A stretch of 63,992 bases of DNA, filler included, from Sphacelaria rigidula (taxonomy: Eukaryota), in the NCBI GenBank assembly GCA_964200075.2. It is 3 parts of 3 records of this genome, joined end to end, with 100 filler letters (N's around TTAATTAATTAA, not from the genome) between each part and the next. Parts side by side here need not be neighbours in the genome. Positions count along the whole stretch, not along the records: positions 1 to 21,616 come from CAXNAA020000401.1; positions 21,717 to 43,323 come from CAXNAA020000402.1; 1 more part is not named here. One strand, written 5' to 3'. The notes beneath the pieces were generated by a model. It had not been told where the DNA came from. It did no database searches and saw only the letters and a list, made by a program, of their open reading frames with translations. This document shows positions 12,201 to 24,700 of this stretch, piece by piece (the stretch's first letter is position 1; each line of letters begins with the position of its first letter). Position numbers and translations under genes: made by a program.

Positions 12201-15200
12201 ACGACCGATCGCGGCTGACCGCGTCGAGCATCGAGTGATCCGTACTGTACGTGTGACCAAGAGCTTGTATGCTTTCGTATAACTGCTACCGTATCTCTTC
12301 GTGGGTGCTGACTAGGCTTCTCTCGGGCGGAACACATCACGTGTATCCACGTGTATCATCACATGCTGCTGGCTTCTTGCTCAATAGGGCTTGCGCGGGT
12401 GCATCATCTGGCAAAAAAACACAGGTAAGCGATCAAACTGTTCTTGCTGGTCTTAAAGTCCGCTCGCGTTGCTATGCCGAAACATGTTCCGTTTTCTGCG
12501 CCCCCTGGTCCCTGCTTCATGGGCCAGACATTGTTGTTTACCTTGATTGAAGGATACGAGCGGCCGGACGAAAGCTAACGGTCACACGATCGAGACCCAG
12601 CTGGAAGTGGAACGGGCAAATCTTGAGAACGGCACACGCACGTGAGAAATTGAAATGAGAGATCCAATCCAGACAAAGGGCTATCGCATGAGAGAAATGA
12701 TGGTTCACACACTGTACTATGACTCTCAGTCGATAGCAGGCCAAAGTCAATCGCCACGTGACGCGCAGAAAAAAACAACGATATCGCCACCGAAGGCAAC
12801 AAGTCATGGAGATCACCTCTAGTCTCTGCACATGCAGTAGGCACGGACGTTGCGATGCTCCCATCTCGTGCGCTCCCACCACCGCTTCTTCCAGCCAGAC
12901 TTCCGCTCTATTTTCCGCGGCGGGAAGGCTGTCCGACGGAAATGTCCAGACTTCAAGCCCGTCCACGGTGAGTGCAAATAGGAAACATCTACGGTCGCCG
13001 TCAAAGTAGCAAAGGAACGACAAATAAGCATGCCGTTTCACATCAACACTGATTAACGGATAATGGGTGGGCGAATGGGGCGAACGTAGTGATTTCTGAC
13101 ATAAATCGAAGCAGTAACACTGGGCACGTTTATGGCCGACTCCGACCAGCGAGAGATAGAAAATGCGCCAGATGAAGTGACGGCTACCGTAATAGATGGA
13201 GCGTCTTGCAACCATGTGACCAAGTGCAATGTCCGGCATCGGACTCAGCAACAAAGTGCGCATTCAAAATAATTGACGAAGTACGTATGTCCGCGTGCGG
13301 CATGGTCGCGCGTACCTCATGATAGAGGCCCGTAGTAAATCGTGATTGAAGCGACAACATCGTCGCAGAAACACGCGTGGCGGCCAATCCCCTGGACCGG
13401 CATGACTCTCGCCGCCAGCGCTGTGTCGCGTTTTCATTCGATGATGTGAAGGCGGTGAACTCCGGGCGTCGGTGATGGTCTTGTCCCTCCTCTCCGATCG
13501 ATAACTCGAGGAACCGGACGACAGGGGCGATGAGGATGATGAGGGGGACGGTGCAGAAGCTGGAGACAATAGAGACGATATGCTAGGGGTGTCGACAGGA
13601 GTGGTGCAGATGAGGCACACGGTAGCAGCCTTGTTGGTGAGCACCACCAGTCGGCAGGAGAGCGATGACAGCGGGCCGCACTCGGTCTCAGACAATGGTG
13701 ACCGGTAGCTGCCGTCAGGAGAGTGGTCATCTCTGCAGGACGAAACGGGGATACATGCAGGAACCATCACAACAGAAATCGCCGTAAGGGTGTACGGCGT
13801 GAGCTTGAAAGCGAAGCTATGGCGGTTGCGTAGGATATGTGCGGAGCTGTTCCGCGTAGAACGCCATGCGTGGGACCTACCGACGAGTAGACTGCAGCGT
13901 GTTTGCGTGTGGCGATCAGTCGGCGCCATCATGCTCTAGTTTCCAGCACAATTCTAGACGAGTTTATACGATTCTAGCTTCTTTGATGTGCATCGTGCGC
14001 AATCCTTGTCCTGACTCCGCGTTTTCTCTATTACAGGAGTGATATCGTCACGGCAACACCGCATACAGCACAGGGGGCGAACGCGTAGAGTAGAGCAAAT
14101 CAAATGGATATGCGTACCCGGATGAAATTGGCACCAAACTCAGCCCCTTCAGCACCTCTCCTGCCCCAACACGCCGGGCGAGCAACACCTCGCAACCTCC
14201 CGCACGAGCAATAACAGCAGGATTCTCCATTACCGAAATGCCTGCCGGAGACACACTCGTTATCGGCGGATTTGTCTCCAGTTCCCACCACCCGTCTTCT
14301 GAGTGCGCTCCGCGGGTGCCGAAGGCCTCCCAGTCATCATCAAAACTCCGAAGCAGCGCTGGGGGGGGGGCGGGACTGAAAACAGCCAACGTTGCGGAGG
14401 AGGGTAGAGATGCGATCAGGCCAGTCAGCAACATCCAACATTACAGTCTGGACTTTCAGGACGTATGATACAGCGGTTTGCTGCTAACTATAAAGCTTGA
14501 CGCTAGTAGAATTTGCAAGCCAAGTGCAACATTTTGGTGCTCTGGGAGTGGGCGCTGGTGACGGGCGGTTACATTGACCACCAATCTTGAATCGTACCAA
14601 CGTGCTGGATGAGCAAACCATTTTTATGATGCTGTTGGACAACCGATCAGCTTCGACTATTCAGGAGACCATCCGCGTCCCAAATCCCTTCAATGTTGAC
14701 TTCTACTAACGTTCTACTCGCCGTTGGTCTCTCACCCTTTGACCCCCATGCTGCCATCATCATCTCCGCCACTCTGCAAAACACACACCACCATATCTTC
14801 CGCATCCGACACTACTCCTTCGACCACGCCGTCCCTTCCACTGCTTCTGCCAGCTGATGACGGTACCCGTCCACTTGCCACCCTTCCCTCTTTCCCGCCC
14901 CCCAACGATCCCGTACGGCTTTGAGCACCGCTGTCATCGTGTTTACCCTTCTGGTTGCCATTTCGAGCTGCTACCTTAGGTGGGAGATGTTCGGCACCAG
15001 CAGGGGTGCGAGCGCCACGATTGGGCTTGCCTCCCTGGCTGGGACGTGTTGAGGACGAGGATATGCTCGGACACTGAGGAACGGGTAATCCCTCGCCTCG
15101 TGAAGGGCGTAGTGTCGGGCTGTCGGCGTGAGGTGGAGTTTCATCGCTGGACGTTGCTTCTCCTGTGGTTGAAGGGGGGGTATTCGGATTCATCAGGGGA

Positions 15201-17448
15201 TATTAGGGAGTACAGCGGGTTGCCCTTTTTGAGGCACCCCTGGGGCGGCCGAAGAAGTGTGCCCTTAAAAGGGCACGTGCGTTATGGTGGAAGTGGCCCC
15301 CTTGAAGACACAGTGTGCCTTCAAAGGGGCCAAACTTGCAGGCAGCGTGCAACTGTGTCGTCAATGTCGAGCATAATGAAATGGAGACTTCTCAGAGCAC
15401 AAAGGTTTTCAAGTATGGTATTTTATGTGATCGTTATATTATATATTCAGTATTATTATTATACAGGCAGCAGCTGGTTCGAAGCGAATCAGTAATGTGA
15501 GGACATCAATCGATCAATCAGACAAGTACCGACTATATACTGTACTGCTCCTTGGGTAAGCTCACTCCGTACAGTACATCAAGCATATCCCTACGCAGTA
15601 CAGAGACAGGACAACAAAATCAGCGACAACGACCCCAAGGCGAGAAACATGAACGTAGTGTTCAACAGAGACTCACAAGCGAACCCCTACAACTAGAATC
15701 CTACGATGGCAACAACGTTCCAAATTCGTGAAAAAGTCTCAGACCGTACAGCACCACCGACGCGAAATGGATACCAAACAACGTGCCAAACCGCATTCCC
15801 TACACAGGGCGACCAAGAAATACAGTCCAGCAAACCCCGCTCCGGTTTTCAAGAAGAAACCCCGCGGAAGAAGCTGCGCATATCGGTCTGCGGAGAGCGC
15901 CGCATGACGTATGCTTCGATAAAAGCCATCTTGGCCTTGCGAATCGCCGAGTACGCATTCTCAATTCCACACCGTTCAGCCCACTCCTCTAGAAAATTCA
16001 ACTGGTCGGAAACTATATGGTACGCGGGTGGTGCAGTGTTCCTCGTCTCGCTTTCCTTGTCGGGATTCACGATCTCAACCTCTTCGTCGCATATCCTGTG
16101 CGTTTCGTATATGCTTGTGGGGTCCTGGGCACCGCAAAGACCGTGAAGGTAGCCCCCACAACCTCCACGACATAAATGTGTGCCGATTGTTGAAACGCTG
16201 GGGGTAGGACTTGGCAGTTTGCACTGCTCCCCCGCTGCGCAAGGCATGGTTTCCAGCGAAGTGCGCGGGTCCGACCTTCTTCGACTACTAGGACATGACA
16301 TTTGTACAATTTTGAAAAGTGGCCCCTTTGAAGGCACACTGTGCCTTAGAGTGGACACGAGTTGGGGCAACCGAAAAAGCATGCCCTTATACGGACCTGT
16401 GCCCCCAAAGGAAGTAAAAAGGGCCACGCACTGTACCTTGACTATGGAGGTATGAGGTGGACGCGTCCGGAACACACGCATCTAGTCCTCTGTATTTTAG
16501 AACAGCTCCCGCTTTTTTGTCGTTCCATAATCTAATGTTTGAAGATCTGAATACGCGACGCGAGTACCCCGCAATGCTGGCAGTATCTCACCCTTGACAT
16601 CGAAGCTGAGGCGAAGGACAAATACGACGTAGTCGGTGGCCACTGCCAGTGTGTTCCCAAGAATAGCTATGTGCTTTGCGCCTCCATCTGTGCCACTCTG
16701 GGCATCGGTACCCACGAGTTCTGCGAGATCTACAGCTAAGGCGTGCTCAAAGCCTGTCAAGGATTGCCGCTGCTTGGACGATTGCCCCTTCGACCCGCCT
16801 GAGCCTGGCCACGACACCGCCCACATGTTGACCTTCAACACACCACGCACGAGAGAACCGACGTAAGAGCGTAGACGAAGGTAAAAACATGGGGAGGAAA
16901 GTAAGACATCGCAGCAGCCTACCTCCGGATGACACTACAGCACACGGGTCCCAAACAGGCATAAATCAACGCTTAGCTGTGACCTTGGTGTTGGTGTTCG
17001 ATCATACACTATTAATAGCATCCACTGGCAAGTACGGTGCTTGCTTAGGTACTTGCAAAGCTTCAACGTGTAAATGGAGTCGCCCTTTAGTGAGTATTGT
17101 ACAGTAGCACACAGCGGGCGATCCAAGCTCATTGCTCGACACGACACCAGAGGAATCCAATACCGACGTCTACTTTGGTTTCAACACCACAAACCGTACT
17201 TGAAAGTACTAGTCTTCGTAGTAGCTCTAGCTTTAGCTCACCACGGAGCCGGTGCACACGGCTGCCCACCCTCGGCGTGGACACACCGCCATGCATGCTT
17301 GGTTTGTCGCGAGAGGTATCGTGCAGCTCTCCCACGGAGCTTGACTTCTGCCTTTGGGCCCTAGACCTTCGCGTTCTGCACCACCGAGCGCATTCGGCTT
17401 GTGATACCTTGCTAAGAACACCTGGTCTCCAGCAGCTGTGCTAGCGAG
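3057..17448 (-). CDS. Multi-exon gene, putative HPS3-like protein (BLOC-2 complex subunit); 5' end and some middle exons unresolved
   Basis: Two phase-consistent GT-AG exon chains: 17448-17242, 16832-16592, 15162-14736, 14375-14118, 13732-13316, 12988-12817; and 7998-6292, 5735-5620, 5515-5360, 5204-4935. The terminal exon ends at the stop at 3057. Peptides MAVCPRRGWAAVC, GFEHALAVDL..HIAILGNTLAVATDYVVFVLRL, EVLLARR..LKGLSLVP, FLFALTVDGLEVWT..CLLHVQRL and the C-terminal LW..V..DLVRALPE occur in the order I recall for animal HPS3. Gene structure is more secure than the product name. Confidence 0.6.
6236..6267. repeat. (CA)n microsatellite, intronic
   Basis: Directly visible run next to the donor site. 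Confidence 0.95.
6292..7998 (-). CDS. Large internal exon (1707 bp) of the HPS3-like gene
   Basis: Inside the 611-aa ORF. Acceptor ttggcag|, donor GGAG|gtacgt; the phase-1 end matches the next exon 5735-5620. Confidence 0.8.
8376..8897. mobile_element. MITE, probably Tc1/mariner-type (522 bp), intronic
   Basis: Inverted termini CTGGGCGCCTGAACTATTTATT and AATGAACAGTTCAGGCGCCCAG. Right flank TA, left flank TG. Confidence 0.65.
9785..9991. mobile_element. Fold-back MITE / long inverted repeat (207 bp), intronic
   Basis: CAAGGGCAGGTCGAGTAGAGTATACTCAATTGCGG pairs with CCGCAATTGAGTATACTCTCTACTCAACCTGCCCTTG. Imperfect complementarity continues about 85 bp inward. Confidence 0.8.
11631..11986 (+). 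mobile_element. tRNA-derived SINE, apparently full length (about 355 bp)
   Basis: Pol III A box TGGCTCAGTTGG (11638-11649) and B box GGTTCGAATC (11682-11691), a body repeated at 1142-1398, and an ACAAC-like simple-repeat tail. Confidence 0.8.
15213..16433 (-). mobile_element. Internally deleted Tc1/mariner (pogo/Tigger-like) transposon, intronic
   Basis: TA|CAGCGGGTTGCCCTTTTT ... AAAAAGGGCCACGCACTG|TA, plus a subterminal inverted block CACAGTGTGCCTTCAAAGGGGCCA (about 15309 and 16320). The residual minus-strand frame ends in a PIP-box-like QTDMRSFF. Confidence 0.75.
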
Positions 17449-18286
17449 CTGCGATTGAGAGCGCACAGTACAGAGTGGGAGTACAACATGTGATTGCCTT
17501 GTTACTCATAACAGAAGGGCATAAAAGAAGGGCGCCGTCTATATCCGCAAGCAGAAGGACTTGTGCGAGTCACGTCCGCCGTTGCACTAAATGTGAAACA
17601 GCTGAGACGTTGCGGTTGTCAGCACTGAATGTAATTGTGTATTCAGGACTGTTGGCGGTTTCACACCACTGCTGCATGAACAGCCGAAATCATAACATTG
17701 CAATCAATACATGTAGCAGCTAACGATACTAACCAACTGCTTTGGGCTGGTGACAGCAGCGGCAATATTAGTAGTGCTACTTGTGAAATCCTGTCATATT
17801 GGCCTGTGAATGATATGTTCGTGACAAGTGAAGGGCCGAGCAAACATGCCCGTACAGTATTTGTTCCTCTTGTATTGTCGTACAAGGTGATCGCAAAGTG
17901 GGGTCGTCTGTGTTATGTCATGTCCTAGGGTTGCGTACTTTCTGGGCCAGGATAGGTACTTTCCGGGCCGACTGGTGGCCTAGATAAGTGCGATTGAAAA
18001 GTAATACCTAGATCAGGTATACCTGGCCGAAATTTGGCCTAGGAAGTTGAGTGGTTTCTGGAGGCGAGACGTCCTTCTGTGCATGGCAAAATCTCGCGAG
18101 AAAACATTCTTGTTTCTATTTTTTTTCGAGGCCCGGGTGCCGAGGAGCCCTCCGATTGCTGTGCGTGAAAAATTCGGAGCGAAATCGGTCTAGATTGTAT
18201 GTTTTGCCGTTTTCGCGTTCCTGGTCATTTTTCGTACCTTTCTTGGGCAAAACACGAGAATACATACCTTTTCTAGGCCATTACCC

Positions 18287-18297
18287 ATAATAACAAT

Positions 18298-18333
<36 letters not shown>

Positions 18334-18381
18334 AATAATAATAATAATAATAACAATAATAATAATAATAATAATAATAAC
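18287..18381. repeat. Compound (AAC)n/(AAT)n microsatellite
   Basis: Directly visible. Confidence 0.95.
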
Positions 18382-21300
18382 TAAAAAATAATGAGCATGA
18401 GGCTCGAACGATGACTGCTAGCAAGTCTTGCTAGTCTTGCTTAGCTGTGCGAAGGCGTCACGGTGGGTTTACGCAGCGTGAGTTGTCTGCGATCGCGGGG
18501 CTCCGATCCAATAGGGTCACCTCTCCATTGAATCAAGTTTGTCGCTTTGGATAAAATTGCGTAAATAACCAGTCATTTTTTACGTCACGAAGGACAAAGA
18601 ATATACAAATAACCAAAAGCAGCTTTGGTTCGGTCGCGAAACTATGACGGCATATCTCTCGATATACAAGGAGGCTAGCAACGATCCATGACATGAACGA
18701 AAGCCCTGAACACTGAATATGGGTAACATGTGTAAATGTGATACATCCACTGTTGCCTCACGTAGCGAATTTGCCGTGATTTTTCTTCTGAAGCTGAAGC
18801 GAATGCTGTCGAAACGTTTCTGCTCGGTGATAATGTTTTGTTCCCCCTCATGCTTTTTGGCCGTTTGTTTGGCTGCTGGGTGCCGCTAGGACGCAGATTG
18901 TGTTTCGGCGCTAGATATTGACTCATGATACAAGAGCGTACTGTATCGGCATGCAGGTGATGCGTGACGCGAGAGTTCGAGTGATTTTTCATCAGCGATA
19001 AGAAAAGATTCCACTCCGATGAAAAACTATAAAACATCTTGTTCGGCTATTCAGCGCTGATTTCGCCGGAGTATAGTAGTAATCGTACCGGGCTCTGCGG
19101 ATCGTGCAACCTTGGAAATGTTGCTGTACTTGTCGGGAGGGTTCCAGCGCCCTTTCCGACCTTTAGCGTACGCCCACTTTTAATCAACTACCCGCGCAAC
19201 CCTATTGGGGGTGCAGAGGGGAAAAAAAAAAGGAAGTTGGAGCGAGTTCAAGTTTCAGCAAAAATAGGAACAATGCTATAACTTCCTTAAATAATGATTG
19301 AAAAAAATGGCAACGCTCCAACACATACGGGCACTCGCATCAACGACATTCTGGTAAAGTTTCGGTCGAAAACACCTCAAATTGGGCGCGGCATCGCACA
19401 TTTCGTGTGACACGGCCGCGCCCCTTTAATTGAAGTCATACAGGAGACTCCAATTATGGAGGTCATGAGTTCGAATCCCGACACATTCTCTTTTTTTCCG
19501 TCCGTCGTTAAGGCTATATTATGCAGTACATTTTCTTCATTTTTTTTCTTATTCAGCAGCGGTGCCGTGTGTTACCAGGTTGGTCTGCACGTCACAGCGA
19601 TATGCTTACATCGGGTTCATTCGGGAAACTGGGAAAAAGCTGTAGTGTGGACAACGTTTAGCCGCTTTGAAGCTGGTCCAGCTCGTTGAACTGAATTATT
19701 CTTGGGGTTGCGTGAAAAACCGCTTGTCGGGCCAAACTTTAACTGGGCACACCAAAAATGGAAAAAAGTGCGCTAGAGCACTCCCAGAGAGTACAGCAGC
19801 AAGTGTTTGTGAGGTGTGAGGTGGCACCATCCGTCGAACCCCGTATTTCGACGAAAATCGGGAAATCAATCTCCAAAATAGTACAACTAGGCTTTTTGTT
19901 GTTGTTGCTTTTTGTAGTACAACAAGAAGCGGCCTCCGGCGATTTTTCTGTCCCCTCATTGTACCATGTCAGCCAAGGACCTCAAATGGATGGACGACAG
20001 GATGATCCTGCCTGCACGTGTATGGCGTTCGAAACTACCGTAAATACCTTCCTCGTGCACTAACTCTGTGTGAAACGAGGGAGCACCCGGCAAGGCAAAA
20101 GGGGGTGATCGACTGGTGACCATACTCGCACCGTATTGTACAAATCTCCATCACCAACAACGTATTTCTTGCAACAATAATGATTGCCTGAGATCACCTG
20201 ACTCAAAACACCATCTCTCGCCGAGTGTAGCTGCAGCAAACACAAAAAAAACAACGAATGTTGGAATGCTCAGGCAGGAGATAGATGAAGGAATTATTAG
20301 ACGCGTGGCTTCATTATAACGTCGATGTACGTACGTTCTTGGTCTGTTGCCATGACCAACTACCCGCGTCATGATGCCGTATTCTACAGTAGCAGCTGTG
20401 GTGTTTACGCGGACTGCCGTGTTGTGTTTCGAAAATCGCCCAGGGTTTCTCGCCCTCTGGATCTTTGCTATTATTGCCGGGGTGGGGTCATGAGATAGTT
20501 TTCAATTAATCACCGTAAAAAAAATAAAAGGCACTCGAAAACTCAGTGCAAAAATTAGTGCAAAATTTGCAGCATGCTTGCTTTCTGTCAACTGCGTGCT
20601 TATATACATCCACAACACCACGAGCTGTAGACATTCCCTAACGTGCAGATGGTGCAGTAGCTTACACTCGTAGCAGCGCAGCGAGCAAGTAGGTCGCTAC
20701 TGGAATTTCTCTACTCTTCAATTCGAAAGCAAGTTGAACTCTCCCGTGTACGTCCGCGAACGACGACCGCACTTGACCCAAACAGCACAACCACCACTGC
20801 CGATACACACACCGTCTAGGAAGACTGTACGAAGGGCAATCTGGGGGCTAAGCACACAGTAGCTTACTCCATCGTTCGGTGCGGTGCCGATATGTTACCT
20901 GCAGTGGATGCGTTAGAGATGCATTTCTCCCAACATACAACAAAATCGCTATCCGACCACCCTGCGGCTCACACGGCTGCGCCATCAATTCAACCGCACC
21001 GCGGCACCTTTGTGCCATACTTCCCTCCTTTGTGCGGTCTGATTGTGTACATCGATGTACTTCGATGATTTTGCGAAATGCGAGGCGTGATAAAGGTCAT
21101 GGCACTAGAAATAATAATGGCCCATACTTCAATCAAGTTGTGCACTTCAATGCACAGATTACACCTGGGCGCGGAGCTGATCGTGGCTCGGAACGGCAGA
21201 AGAGAGAATGACTATCGGGCTGATACAAATACATGTGTGTGGCGTTCTCAGCTTCGAAGAGACGCCCATCGCAATTTTTGCGCTCCAGTCGGTGAAATTG

Positions 21301-21616
21301 AGTCGGACTTCGGAGTGATGCCGCGATAGCCCCCCCAGAAAAGCGGCTGGTTTGGGGAGACAATATCTACGTGTGAATCAAAATGAAACAAGCCGCGCAC
21401 ACCGAGCAGCCAGGAATTCCTACGCTTAGGATCGTTATCGCCAATGTCGCCTCTGTAGGCGCTTCGTACAGACTGAAACCAGCGATCATGCGATGTATGG
21501 TCATTTTCTTCGTGACAGTTTGGGGGCTGGTTTGGGGGGCGCACCGGGGGGGGGGGGATGTACTCATTTGTTGCTTGCCTTGGTCGTTTGACCATTGACC
21601 ACGCATCCCTTTCGAG

Positions 21617-21716
21617 NNNNNNNNNNNNNNNNNNNNNNNNNNNNNNNNNNNNNNNNNNNNTTAATTAATTAANNNNNNNNNNNNNNNNNNNNNNNNNNNN
21701 NNNNNNNNNNNNNNNN
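21617..21716. other. Assembly gap spacer (44 N + TTAATTAATTAA + 44 N)
   Basis: Fixed 100-bp N run containing a six-frame stop linker; artificial. Confidence 0.97.
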
Positions 21717-24700
21717 ATAGACATGGAATAGAGAGGTCAACCTTCCTCTTCAATAAACCTACTATAACACAGCCCGGACATAGACATGGAATAGAGAAGC
21801 TAACCCTTCTTATCATTTAACCTACCATGACACAGCCCAGACGTAGACATGGAATAGAGAAGCCAACCTTCGTTTTTACGACAAAGCCCGGACATAGACA
21901 TGAACTAGAGAGGCCAACCTTTCTCTTTATTTACCCCACCATGACACAGCCCGGTCATAGACATGGGGAAGAGAGGCCAACCTTCCTCTTTTTTTAACCT
22001 ACCATAACACAGCCCGGACATAGACATGGAATACAAAAGCTAACCCTTCTTTTCATTCAACCTACCATATTACAGCCCGGACATAGACATGGAATAGAGG
22101 AGGTAGCCCTCCTTTTCATTTAACCCACCATCACGCAGGTCGGACATAGACATGGAATTGAGAGGCTAACCTTCCTCTTTATTTTACCTACTTCAACACA
22201 GCCCGGAAATATACATGAAATGGAGGAGCTGACCCTCCTTTTTATATCACCTACTACAAGACAGCCCGGACATAGACATGGAATAAAGAGCTTGACCCTT
22301 CTTCATATTTAACTTACTATAACACAGTCCGGACATAGACATGGAATAGAGACGCTAACCCTTTTTTTCATTCAACCTACCATAACACAGCCCGGTCATA
22401 GACATGGAAGAGGGAAGCTCACCCTCCTCTTTATTTCACCTACCATAACACAGCCCGGACATAGACATGAAGCAGAAAAGCTAGCCTTCCTCTTTATTTA
22501 CTCCTTAACAACACAGCCCGGACATAGACATGGAATAGAGAAGCTAGCCCTCCTTTTCATTTAACATACAATAACACAGCCCGGACATAGACATGAAATA
22601 GAGAGGCCAACCTTCCTCTTTATTTCACCTACTATAACACAGCCCGGACATAGACATGGAATAAAGGAGCTAGCCCTCCTTTTCATTTAACCTACCATAA
22701 CGCAGCTCCGACATAGACATGAAATTGAGAGGCTAACCTTCCTCTTTATTTTACCTACTTTGACACAGCCCGGACATAGACATGAAATAGAGGAGCTAAC
22801 TCGCCTTTTTTTATCACCTACTGAAAGACAGCCCGGACATGGACATGGAATAAAGAACTTGACCCTTCTTTATATTTTACCTACCTTAACACAGCCCGGA
22901 CATAGACATGGAATACAGAAGCTTACCCTTGTTTTCATTTAACCTACCATAACACAGCCCGGACATAGACATGGAATAGAGAAGCTAGCCCTCCTTTTCA
23001 TTCAACCTACCATCACACAGCCCGGACATAGACATGGAATTGAGAGCCCAACCTCCCTCTTTATTTTACATACTTTAACACAGCCCGGAAATAGACATGA
23101 AATTGAGGAGCTAACCCTCCTTTTTATATCACCTACTACAAGACAGCCCGGACATAGACATGGAATAAAGAGCTTGACCCGTCTTCATATTCAACTTACT
23201 ATAACACAGTCCGGACATAGACATGGAATAGAGACGCTAACCCTTTTTTTCATTCATTCTACCATAACACAGCCCGGTCATAGACATGAAAGAGAGAAGC
23301 TAACCCTCCTCTTTATTTCACTTACCATAACACAGCCCGGACATAGACATGAAGTAGAAAAGCTAGCCTTCCTCTTTATTTACCCCATAACAACACAGCC
23401 CGGACATAGACATGGAATAGAGAAGCTAGCCCTCCTTTTCATTTAACATACTATAACACAGCCCGGACATAGACATGGAATAGAGAGGCCAACCTTCCTC
23501 TTTATTTCACCTACTATAACATAGCCCGGACATAGGCATGAAATAGAGAAGCTTTCCCTCCTTTTGTTTCAACCTACTATAACACAGCCCGGACATAGAC
23601 ATGGAAGAGGGGAGGTAACCCTTCTCTTGATATCACCCACCATAACAGAGCCCGGATATAATCATAAGGTAGAGACGCCAACCTTCCTCTTTATTTTACC
23701 TACCATAACACAGCCCGGACATAGACATGGAATAGAGCTGACCCTTCTTTTCATTTAACCTACCATAACACAGCCCGGACGTAGTTATGGAATGGAGAAG
23801 CCAACCTTCTTTTTACAACAAGGCCCGGACATAGACATGAACTAGAGAGGCCCACCTCCCTTCTTATTTACCCCACCATGACACAGCCCGGTCATAGACA
23901 TGGAACAGAAAAGCTAGCCCTCCTTTTCATACAACGCACCATGACACAGCCCAGACATAGACATGGAATAGAGAGGCCAACCTTCCTCTTTATTCAACCT
24001 ACTATAACACAGCCCGGACATGGACATGGAATAGAGGAGCTAACCCTTCTTTTCATTTTACCTATCATAAAACAGCCCGGACATAGACATGGGATAAAGG
24101 AGCTATCCCTCCTTTTCATTCAACCTACCATAACACAGCCCGGACATAGACATGGAATAGAGAAGCTAGCCCTCCTTTTCATATAACCCACCATCACACA
24201 GCCCGAACATAGACATGAAATAGAGAGGACAACCTTCCTCTCTTTTTAACGTACCATAACACAGCCCGGACATAGACATGAAATACAGAAGCTAACCCTT
24301 CTTTTCATTTCACCTACCACAACACAGCCCGGACATAGACATGGAATAGAGAAGCTAGCCCTCCTTTTCATTTAGCCTCGCATAATACAGACCGGACATA
24401 GACATGGATTAGAGAGGCCAACCTTCCTCTCTATTTTACCTACTTTCACACAGCCCGGACATAGACATGAAATAGAGGAGCTAACCCTCTTTTTATATCA
24501 CCTACTACGAGACAGCCCGGACATAGACATGGAATGAAGAACTTGACCCTTTTTGATATTTTACCTACCATAACACAGCCCGGACATAGACATGGAATAG
24601 AGAAGTTAACCCTTCTTTTCATTCAACCTACCATAACACAGCCCGGACATAGACATGAAAACGGGAAGCTAACGCTCCTTTTCATTTAACTTACCGTCAC

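Noticed and set aside
19430-19500. tRNA or SINE suggested by B-box GAGTTCGAATCCC followed by a T run
   Set aside because: No clear A box or cloverleaf; at most a decayed fragment.
21661-21672. TTAATTAATTAA palindrome (also 43368-43379)
   Set aside because: Artificial scaffolding linker inside N runs. Adjacency of the satellite to the flanking contigs is therefore unproven.
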